Shown: positions 1 through 7,291 of the stretch, piece after piece
How the letters are laid out: each line of letters starts with the position of its first letter
Position numbering within the stretch: the first letter of the stretch is position 1
Assembly: GCA_964556895.1 (NCBI GenBank)
Contig: CAZKYC010000001.1
Span: 29,371-93,370, forward strand
Reading direction: 5' to 3'
Length of the DNA stretch: 64,000 bases
DNA from: an uncultured bacterium
GTDB lineage: Bacteria > Hinthialibacterota > Hinthialibacteria > Hinthialibacterales > Hinthialibacteraceae
Made by a program: the position numbers and the translations under genes
Notes under the pieces: generated by a model
Told to the model about the DNA's origin: nothing
The model's database searches: none
What the model saw: the letters and a program-made list of their open reading frames with translations, nothing else

Positions 1-943
1 CATCTATATTGGTTTGCAGGGTAATTTCGCCCCGGTGATAACCAGGCGTGTTTGGCACGGTGTAGCTGACCTTCAGGCGAATCTGGCCCAGCGCGTTCTT
101 GCCGATCACTTCGGCGTTGACGTCATCGCCGCCTAGTATGCTTTTGATTTCAAAACTATCGGCCATTGATTTATCTGTCAGCGTCAGGCGCAGTTCACGG
201 TCGACCGTCTTGCCTGCTGGCGTGCGGCCAAAGTAAAGAGTAGTCGGAGTGAACTTCACATACCCTGTGATCGACGCCATCACCCGGGCGCGGGCGCGCG
301 GTTGTTCGGAGTGGTCAGTCAATATTTCTAAACTGGCTGACATCGTTTCGCGTTTGGTCCCTGATTTGAAATACACCGTGATGGGCGTGCCCGCGTCGGT
401 TGGCTCTCCCGCCTCGACGCGAAACTCGACCCTATCAGCATGGGCCTCTAACACCTTGAAGGGCGCCCCTTCGGTATTGCTTAAATAGAACGTCTCTGAG
501 CGTTCAGTGTTGTAAGGAACATCGTTGAATTGAACCATCGACTTGGGCGAGAACGTCCAGATGTTGCGAACGTCGGCGATCAGGTTGACGCTGAGTTCTT
601 TGTTCTTTGGGTCATTGCTGACGATTTTGACTTGCTTTTCCATGCGAGAGGTGCTGCTATTCGCGGTCATGGTGACCGAGACGATGCTGGTCGCGCCCGA
701 TACGATCATGGAGGCCGAAGGCACCGCCGCGGTGCAGCCGCAAGTCGTACCGACGTTAATGATTTCTAGCGGTTGATCGCCGACATTTGTGATAACGATA
801 TCATGGCGCAGCTTTTCAAACGGCGCCGCTTTGCCAAAATCATGGCTGTCTTGGTTGAGTTTTATGCTCGGCTGCGCCTGAACCGCCGAAGAAAAAATGA
901 ATATCGCTAATCCTGAAAAAATGATGGATGCCAAACGGCCCAT
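1..943 (-). CDS. Secreted DUF1573-repeat protein, partial. The N-terminus is in the window and the C-terminus runs past the left edge.
   Basis: Minus-strand ATG at 943-941. I checked codon by codon and found no in-frame stop down to position 2. N-terminal signal peptide MGRLASIIFSGLAIFIFSSAVQA. Repeated HDFGK...NVG..PL.I.NV.TTCGCT modules are typical of DUF1573. The ORF track omits it because it runs off the window. Confidence 0.6.
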   Translation of the reverse strand, partial: MGRLASIIFSGLAIFIFSSAVQAQPSIKLNQDSHDFGKAAPFEKLRHDIVITNVGDQPLEIINVGTTCGCTAAVPSASMIVSGATSIVSVTMTANSSTSRMEKQVKIVSNDPKNKELSVNLIADVRNIWTFSPKSMVQFNDVPYNTERSETFYLSNTEGAPFKVLEAHADRVEFRVEAGEPTDAGTPITVYFKSGTKRETMSASLEILTDHSEQPRARARVMASITGYVKFTPTTLYFGRTPAGKTVDRELRLTLTDKSMADSFEIKSILGGDDVNAEVIGKNALGQIRLKVSYTVPNTPGYHRGEITLQTNID

Positions 944-1244
944 TTCGAATGTCTCCTCGCATCGATGCTGATGTTTATGTCTGGTAAAATTACTCAGAAG
1001 CACATCTTAATCGTAACATTAAAGGGCGTTTGTTCCAAGCGAATCTACGGGTTCTCTCAATCGTACGCCGCCGCCGCCCTCATCTGAGACGTTTCCCAGC
1101 AGAAAATCGACTGAATGCGGATTTTCATCCCCCATCTTACCATTAGGTGTCATGCGCACCCCGTCAACATTCAGCTCAGCGCAACCGTTCGAATCAACGC
1201 TTCGAGTATTCAGCGCTCGCAGCATGTTAATCTGTAAATTGGTC

Positions 1245-1321
1245 GGCGCCCGAATCCGCCGCGGCGGGCAGCGATAGATCCAGTCAGGACTCTTCAATCT
1301 GCACAGTATTTTGCCAACTAC
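1245..1321 (+). repeat. Intergenic repeat family 2, copy a. It contains the GC palindrome CCGCCGCGGCGG.
   Basis: About 80 bp, homologous to 48755-48836 (same orientation) and 22365-22440 (reverse complement). Shared block: gcgcccg(a/t)atccgccgcggcgg(g/a)cagcgatagat(c/a)cag....caatc(t/c)gcaca.aat...gcaac.ac. Confidence 0.7.
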
Positions 1322-1389
1322 AAAAAAAAGTTGGCATTGAGATTGAAATTTTATAGGATGAATTCTGTTTGTTGTAAGTCAGCCCTGAC

Positions 1390-1418
1390 TTGTCGTAAGA
1401 CAGGCGTCACGGTATAAT
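1390..1418 (+). promoter_or_regulatory. Sigma70-type promoter for trxA, TTGTCG-N17-TATAAT.
   Basis: -35 TTGTCG at 1390-1395, a 17-nt spacer, and -10 TATAAT at 1413-1418. This is about 37 nt upstream of the trxA ATG. RBS GAGGTG at about 1443. Confidence 0.5.
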
Positions 1419-1454
1419 ACTGACTCGTAAAAATCAGTTTGATGAGGTGAAAGT

Positions 1455-1781
1455 ATGTCAAATGCTCCCGAAGTAGCCACCGCTACATTTGAAAGTGAAG
1501 TTATCCAAGCCAATGTGCCTGTTTTAGTTGACTTTAGCGCGACTTGGTGCGGCCCCTGCCAAAAGATGGCGCCGTTAATTGATGAACTCGCCAGCGAGTA
1601 TGACGGCAAGGCCAAAGTCGTAACAGTTGACGTCGACAACAGCCAAGACCTCGCCACAAAGTATGGCGTCATGAGCGTTCCGACCATCGTTTTATTGAAT
1701 GGCGGCGAAATTGTTAACAAGTGGATCGGCTTCACCCCCAAACAAGCCTTGGCCGACGCGCTCGACGGCGTGGTTGGGTAA
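1455..1781 (+). CDS. trxA: Thioredoxin
   Basis: 108 aa with the WCGPC active-site motif and full-length thioredoxin-fold conservation (VLVDFSATWCGPCQKMAP...SVPTIVLL). Confidence 0.95.
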   Translation: MSNAPEVATATFESEVIQANVPVLVDFSATWCGPCQKMAPLIDELASEYDGKAKVVTVDVDNSQDLATKYGVMSVPTIVLLNGGEIVNKWIGFTPKQALADALDGVVG

Positions 1782-1803
1782 TGCCCCTCAGAATTCTAAG
1801 ATA

Positions 1804-1830
1804 AGGCCGCCAGTCAGGCGGCCTTTTTTA
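1804..1830 (+). terminator. Rho-independent terminator after trxA.
   Basis: Hairpin aggccgcc-agtc-aggcggcct followed by TTTTTT. Confidence 0.8.
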
Positions 1831-2001
1831 TTGCTTCCTTTTACTGCCCTCTGCTTTCATCTGATCCCTTAATTCACTACAGTAGTTATTAGAAAGAAAA
1901 ATTTGGACCCAATTAGCCGCCTTCTGAGGGCAACAGTGAGCAAAAAAAGGGGGAGGGCGAGTCTCCCGACGAGCCGGGCAAACACAAAACAAGTTCATTT
2001 T

Positions 2002-2260
2002 AGGCTCATCCGGGATTTGGATACGTTCTTTCAAATTGAAATATAAATTTCCAGACACGATCTCAAGGATGATTTTTTTATCGTTGTATTTGGCATGGGT
2101 ACAACTCTGCTCGCTTCAGTGCGGCTCCGCCTTTTTGCACAGGCGCTCCCAGAGTTGCACCCATGCCCGAGTTGGATTGTCTATTATTGATAGGACAAAT
2201 ATCGTTTTTTGACCAAATTCCAGGTTATTCAGCATGGGAAGTACTCAAATATCGGAAGAA
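2002..2260 (+). mobile_element. MITE-like repeat family 1, copy 1a. Full length, with a conserved 66-nt core hairpin at 2097-2162.
   Basis: Flanked by a perfect 9-bp direct repeat GTTCATTTT (1993-2001 and 2261-2269). Imperfect terminal inverted repeat tccgggatttggatac / gtactcaaatatcgga. The core is gggtacaactctg...cagagttgcaccc, a 13-bp stem. Near-identical copies lie at 23124-23381 (reverse complement), 43874-44041 and 54484-54900. Confidence 0.75.
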
Positions 2261-2409
2261 GTTCATTTTATTGTGGCTCACAAGACGCCCTCCCCATTAT
2301 TCAAGATCACTACATCATCCTGCATTAGGCAGGCTTCTCGCGATGACACAAACATAATTACGGGTGGCAAGGGCAAGACCGCGAAGCGGGCAGCCCTTGA
2401 ATCGACAAC

Positions 2410-4119
2410 ATGATGAGACGCCTCGGCGGTTGGTTTTATTCTTGGTTCCCCTTCTTTCGCGACAACCTGGTCCAAAACCCCATCCTGTCGCGCGAGATGA
2501 TACGCTATCTGCGCCAGACGCGCTCGTTTGTTTTGCTGGGGTGTATCTTACTCGGCGGCATGGCCCTGCTCACCTGGATGTGGTCGACGCCCTCTGACAA
2601 CCTATCGCCGGTTGGCCGGCGGCTGTTTTACGCCACCCTGGGCGGCGAGATCGCCGTATTATTACTGCTGCTGCCTGGCTACGCCGCCCAGTCATTCATC
2701 ACCGAACGCGAACGCAACACCCTGGCCCTCTTACTCACCAGCCCGCTCGGCGAAGAACGCATCGCCGCAGGCAAACTCGCATCGGTCATCGGCGTGATGG
2801 CGCTGATCTTATTCGCCACCTATCCGCTCATCGCTGTTTGTCTGGCGCGCGGCGGCGTCGCGCCGTGGGAGATACTCGCGGCGGGCGTGGGCATGTTAAT
2901 CGCCACATTTATCATTTCATCATTCGCGCTGTATTTTTCTCTGATCGCTAAAACGCTGTTTCGCGCCGTGATCATGACCCAGATGAGTATGTTCACCATC
3001 TATATCGGCGGTATGTTCGCCATGTTTATGTTGACCAGCGCTGCCATCCTGATCGTTTCGCTGGCGTCCATAGCCGCGCCGGGGATGCAACCCACTTTCG
3101 CAATCATTGTCGCCGTTGCCGTGGTCTGTATGGCGATTCCGCTCGCGTTGCTGGTTCCATTGGGCATGTTCAAACTTACCGCGATCAAACTTCGGACAAT
3201 TGGTTCTGAGTTGGTCAGCGCGCGGGGCTATGACCAGGAGGTCGCCTTTCAGTTTGGCCAGGAAACCGTCACTGAACCCATCAACCAACCGCGTTCCAAA
3301 TGGAACGTACCCGAACGCGGCAACGCCTTCTTTTGGCGCGAGAAACTAAGCAACGCGGTCGCATCGCCGTTCCTGGCGATGCCGTCATGGTATGTCGTCG
3401 CCATTCTGGTCTATCACTTGTGTCTAGTGACGCCGCTGCAAAATGGCAGATGGCTGGTAGTCGCTACGTTGTGCTTATTATCTCAAATGGGCGGGGCCTA
3501 TGCGGCGCGGGCGTTCGCAGGCGAGAGAGAAAATCAAACCTGGGACCTCTTGATCACCACCACCTGCCGCAACAACGACCTCTTACTGGGCAAACTCTAC
3601 GGCGCGCTTCACCCTTGCCTGGTTCGCGGCGCCGCAATGTTTTTCATCCCGGCGGGACTGTTCATGGTGATTGATTCTTGCATTTCTCTTTTCAACTACA
3701 GCTCGCCCGCCGGCATCGGCGTGCCCATGGTCCACCAACTGGTTTACGCGACTGTGATTGTGGTAAATGTATTTCTGGTATGCGCGCTGGGGTTGTATTA
3801 TTCGTCCATTAAAAAAAGCGTCAACCAAGCCTTGATGTGGACCTATGGGACCGTTGCGCTTCTTTACCTTGGGCCGATGGCTCTTTCAGCCGTTCGCGGC
3901 GGCTTAGAACATCTCTACATCTTCAGCCCATTGTCGACCTGTCTCATGATCGGATCCTCCAAGGCAACATCGTTAGAAGAAGCCTACACGCTGCCGACGA
4001 CTATTTTGTATGAGCCGATTCCAAACTACCCGATGGCGGTGATTCACGTTATGGTTGTGAGTTTGATGATCGCCATCTTGCTTTGGCTGACTCAGAAACA
4101 ATTACACCAAGCCCGATGA
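2410..4119 (+). CDS. Polytopic integral membrane protein, possibly an ABC-2-type permease-like protein. Function unknown.
   Basis: 569 aa. More than 10 hydrophobic segments. No soluble catalytic motifs recognised. Confidence 0.5.
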   Translation: MMRRLGGWFYSWFPFFRDNLVQNPILSREMIRYLRQTRSFVLLGCILLGGMALLTWMWSTPSDNLSPVGRRLFYATLGGEIAVLLLLLPGYAAQSFITERERNTLALLLTSPLGEERIAAGKLASVIGVMALILFATYPLIAVCLARGGVAPWEILAAGVGMLIATFIISSFALYFSLIAKTLFRAVIMTQMSMFTIYIGGMFAMFMLTSAAILIVSLASIAAPGMQPTFAIIVAVAVVCMAIPLALLVPLGMFKLTAIKLRTIGSELVSARGYDQEVAFQFGQETVTEPINQPRSKWNVPERGNAFFWREKLSNAVASPFLAMPSWYVVAILVYHLCLVTPLQNGRWLVVATLCLLSQMGGAYAARAFAGERENQTWDLLITTTCRNNDLLLGKLYGALHPCLVRGAAMFFIPAGLFMVIDSCISLFNYSSPAGIGVPMVHQLVYATVIVVNVFLVCALGLYYSSIKKSVNQALMWTYGTVALLYLGPMALSAVRGGLEHLYIFSPLSTCLMIGSSKATSLEEAYTLPTTILYEPIPNYPMAVIHVMVVSLMIAILLWLTQKQLHQAR

Positions 4120-4233
4120 ACGACCCCGCTTCAATATCTGAAATATCTATTCGTTTCATTTGAATCGATCTCAACACCATTTCGCTTGACAGAAATAACG
4201 ACCTGTCAAAAAAAGACCGGCCTAATTAGGCAT

Positions 4234-4302
4234 GGGTGTATCTCTGAGAGCGCCTGTGCTTTAAAGCCGCTGAAAATTACACTCACAAATCCAGATACAC
4301 CC
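4234..4302. repeat. Solo copy of the family-1 core hairpin, diverged. It overlaps the last codons of the gene at 4283-5356.
   Basis: ggcatgggtgtatctctgagagcgcctgtgc...cagatacaccc shares the 5' stem and the gagcgcctgtgc loop block with family 1. The 3' stem arm encodes the C-terminal residues VGVYLDL* of the minus-strand gene. Confidence 0.55.
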
Positions 4303-5356
4303 CGACGCCAACGTAGTCGCCGTCTTGGCTAAACGCAGGAAAATTCAATGGCCGCCCGTTGTAATACTCTAACAACAAGCGCAGCGCCTTGCTTCGAAAC
4401 GGCCAGTCTTTAAACTCGACGCCCGCCGTGTAGCGCTGGTTAAGTTCCCAGTCGTCTTCTTCCCAGGTGGTGAAGTGCACGCCAAACACGGGGTGAATCG
4501 ACAAATGAGACCAGGGACGGTACTCGCCGCCAAACACCATCTCAAGCGGGTCGATGTCGCCCACGTCATCAAAGATATACACCGGCCCGCCATACACCCG
4601 CCAATCGGGTTGGCTGTAAGCCAGCGTCAAGTCGACCAGGTTACGGTCAAGTTGGCGGCCCAGAATATCAAGAAACGGCGGCAGCTCGCGCACGATATGG
4701 TCGTCGCCCAAATGGCCGCTGCGGTGCATGTATCTCACCCGCGCAGTGAAGTCGTCATAGTGAAAGATGAATGGAAACCCGACCTGAAAGTCAGTGTTTT
4801 CGAGATCGCCGCCGTTTTCCATATTGAAGTGGCCAAACACGCCGCCTTCAATGTTCATCTGGACGGTCAACCCTGGCGTGAACACATTCGTCCAACGATA
4901 GAGCGGCAACACTTCGCCAAAGCCAACCACGCCCGAGTTGTCCATATCATCGCTCGCGCGGTAACTTAAAAAGAACCGCGATTCCCATGGGTCGGCGACC
5001 AGCGGCTCAAACAAATCGCCCTTGGGGAACAACCCTTCGGTCGATTCGTTGATTTCGCTCGCCCAGTCAGTTTCATTCACTTCTTCACCTTGTTGTTCAA
5101 AGCGAACAGAACGAACGCCCGGCGCGCTTTGTAATGCGTCTTGAATCTCATTGCGAATAGCCTGATCTTGTGGAGCGTTGAGAATGATAATCGCGCCGGC
5201 TTTGACGATCACGTCCGCTTTAATTTGGTGAGTGGTTTGCAGAATCGCCGTCGCGTATCCACGTAAAAACTCATCGCTGGATGACTGCTGTGAAACCGAA
5301 GAAGAACAAACCACGCCTATGGCTAGTATCATCACGACCAAATGTTTAACCATCAT
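4283..5356 (-). CDS. Secreted, likely outer-membrane-associated protein with an N-terminal BON-like domain and a beta-rich C-terminal domain.
   Basis: 357 aa. Signal peptide MMVKHLVVMILAIGVVCSS. BON-like segment IKADVIVKAGAIIILNAPQDQAIRNEIQDALQSAPGVRSV. The C-terminus is rich in aromatics and Gly. Function not assignable. Confidence 0.5.
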   Translation of the reverse strand: MMVKHLVVMILAIGVVCSSSVSQQSSSDEFLRGYATAILQTTHQIKADVIVKAGAIIILNAPQDQAIRNEIQDALQSAPGVRSVRFEQQGEEVNETDWASEINESTEGLFPKGDLFEPLVADPWESRFFLSYRASDDMDNSGVVGFGEVLPLYRWTNVFTPGLTVQMNIEGGVFGHFNMENGGDLENTDFQVGFPFIFHYDDFTARVRYMHRSGHLGDDHIVRELPPFLDILGRQLDRNLVDLTLAYSQPDWRVYGGPVYIFDDVGDIDPLEMVFGGEYRPWSHLSIHPVFGVHFTTWEEDDWELNQRYTAGVEFKDWPFRSKALRLLLEYYNGRPLNFPAFSQDGDYVGVGVYLDL

Positions 5357-5445
5357 GGTTCTCCTTGTTTAGCAGGCAAAAGCCATTTCAAACCAATCAA
5401 ATCAATAACATTTTTCAACTTTTCGAATAACGACTTGGTAAGTCT

Positions 5446-5521
5446 GGCCGGGGTGTGTCTCAGTGAGCGCCTGCGCCAAAAAGCGGAGCGGCGCCGAAGC
5501 GAACAGAGATGCACCCCGGCC
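5446..5521. repeat. Solo copy of the family-1 core hairpin. It lies just downstream of the 3' end of the M14 gene.
   Basis: Outer stem ggccggggtg / caccccggcc, 10 bp and perfect. The loop gtgagcgcctgcgccaaaaagcggagcggcgccgaagcgaacagag is nearly identical to the loop of copy 1b at 23222-23287. Confidence 0.65.
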
Positions 5522-5555
5522 TAGCATTAGGTGCATCAGAGACGGCTTCAATCCA

Positions 5556-7289
5556 TTACGGCAATTCAATCACCCTCTCGATGCGCCCGCCTTTGAGCGA
5601 GTCAACAACCAGGTTGGCCTTGCCGCGGCCTGACACGATAAACTGGACGCGCACCGCGCCCATGCCCGGCACGCGGTTGACCGCCAACCGCTCTGGCCGC
5701 GCCTTGACCGCGCTGACTTTCCCAAAAAAACGGTCGGTCACATGCCCGCCGCTGATCACTTCGATATCGGCGCCCGACAACATCACTAAGTCGGCGCGAT
5801 TAATGTTGTTCTTACTATCCTGCTGAAGCCGGGTCGGGATCATGCCCTGATTGCGAATCTCAACCCACACTTTAGACAAACCGTCGCGCAACCGCTCGAC
5901 CTCGATCTCGCCAAATTCGAGCAGCGGGGTTTGTGACGCATGATAGAGCGTAAACGCCATGTTGCGGTGGCATTCTTCTTCTAATAAAAACGACGGCGGC
6001 ACGCGGCCAAACTCTTTCTTGACGCCGCCGATCTCTATGGCGCCATATTGGGGGTGGTCGTATGGCCGCCACTCGACCACGCCGTCATTTAATAATAGAT
6101 ACCGCAAAAAATCGCCGCGCGCGACCGCGCCGGTGTCGTTACTGCGAAACATGTTTTTCGGCGTCCACAATTCGTTGGTGAAGGCCGAGATGCCCCGGCC
6201 AGCGTAAAACCAGTCGAACTGTCCGCCCCAGACTGGATACAGGTGTTCCCATGAGATGACGTTAACATATTGCGGCAGCATGCGCTCCCCGCGCTTGGCG
6301 ATATCAATCATCAGGCGCTCGTCTTCTGGCTCAAGCGGCCCGCCGTCGCGATTTGGCCCGCGCAAGATCATGCCGCCGTAATTATGAAACGAAACCATCC
6401 CGCCAATGTTCGGGCGCGACAACACAAACTCGCCCACCGCGCGAACCGCCGGGAACGAGAAGGGAAAATCTTTCGCCCAATATTGAACATAATGAGGCTG
6501 CCAGTCGAACGCCCAGTTTCGGTTGGGGTCATAGCCGCCGGGGTTGTCTTCGTTGACGCGGCCGTCGCCGTCGTTGTCGACGCCTTCATAGCCCAACATA
6601 CTATACTCGCCGCGCTCGTCAGGCTCCGCGGGGACCATCTGAAACTCCGGATAATCAGGATGAGGCAGATACCGCCCGTTGGGGTCGCGCTTGCGCATCA
6701 TGGTGATCGAGCCGTCGCCGTTTAAATCGTCGAACGGGTCTTCATCCATGCGCCCGTCTTTGTCTTCATCGGTGGGGATCTGGCCGGTGCGCGACGAATG
6801 TTGGGTATTGGCGTTGTGAAACCAATAGTCGCGTCCGTCTGGGTTCACACTTGGCAACAAATAAATCACCCGCGAATCAACCAGGTCTGTGACCAGTTCG
6901 TTCTTGCCGTAATTCTCACACAGATACCACGCGGTGTAAGCCACCACTTCGCCGGCTTGCACCTCGTTGCCGTGTATGTTGCCGTCGATATACATGCCCG
7001 GCTTTCGGTCAGGGTCGCCCATGTCGCGATTGGTGACTTCTAACACCCACACCGGGCGCCCCTGATATGACTCGCCAATGGAATACAACTTGGTAATTTT
7101 TGGATACGCCTGATGAAGTTGTTGTAAGATCGACGCCAGCCCGTCTACGTCGTAGAAGCGGTTCCACGACACATCGACGTTTCGCTGGGCCGGCGCGCCC
7201 AATGCCTTGAATGCGTTTTCATCAAGCGCAAACGACGTGACAGAAAATACGGCGACTAAGAATCCAGTCAGGAAGGTTCGCTGCGTCAT
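5556..7289 (-). CDS. Secreted M14-family zinc carboxypeptidase.
   Basis: The HxxE zinc motif is present (GNIHGNEVQAGE), as is NPDG. N-terminal signal peptide MTQRTFLTGFLVAVFSVTSFA. RBS GGAAGGAG lies 7 nt before the ATG at 7289; the track's earlier M overlaps this RBS. Contains a DEDPFDDLNGDG calcium-loop-like insert. Confidence 0.85.
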   Translation of the reverse strand: MTQRTFLTGFLVAVFSVTSFALDENAFKALGAPAQRNVDVSWNRFYDVDGLASILQQLHQAYPKITKLYSIGESYQGRPVWVLEVTNRDMGDPDRKPGMYIDGNIHGNEVQAGEVVAYTAWYLCENYGKNELVTDLVDSRVIYLLPSVNPDGRDYWFHNANTQHSSRTGQIPTDEDKDGRMDEDPFDDLNGDGSITMMRKRDPNGRYLPHPDYPEFQMVPAEPDERGEYSMLGYEGVDNDGDGRVNEDNPGGYDPNRNWAFDWQPHYVQYWAKDFPFSFPAVRAVGEFVLSRPNIGGMVSFHNYGGMILRGPNRDGGPLEPEDERLMIDIAKRGERMLPQYVNVISWEHLYPVWGGQFDWFYAGRGISAFTNELWTPKNMFRSNDTGAVARGDFLRYLLLNDGVVEWRPYDHPQYGAIEIGGVKKEFGRVPPSFLLEEECHRNMAFTLYHASQTPLLEFGEIEVERLRDGLSKVWVEIRNQGMIPTRLQQDSKNNINRADLVMLSGADIEVISGGHVTDRFFGKVSAVKARPERLAVNRVPGMGAVRVQFIVSGRGKANLVVDSLKGGRIERVIELP

Positions 7290-7291
7290 GA

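Noticed and set aside
1019-1297. 92-aa minus-strand ORF upstream of trxA.
   Set aside because: It spans the family-2 repeat and the GC palindrome. The protein is low-complexity and has no start context. It is most likely non-coding intergenic DNA.
2163-2357. Small ORFs at 2163-2357 (+) and 43869-44093 (+) sharing the peptide MPELDCLLL.G.ISFFD.IPG.
   Set aside because: The shared peptide is encoded by the right arm of the MITE-like repeat. The ORFs have different lengths and ends set by the flanking DNA and carry no RBS. The conservation is at the DNA level, not a conserved protein.
2528-3828. Multiple 60-125 aa ORFs in alternative frames or antisense inside the 2410-4119 membrane-protein gene (2528-2797, 2920-3288, 3107-3349, 3300-3674, 3583-3828).
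   Set aside because: These are typical high-GC open frames, Arg/Pro/Ala-rich, fully nested within a long coherent CDS.
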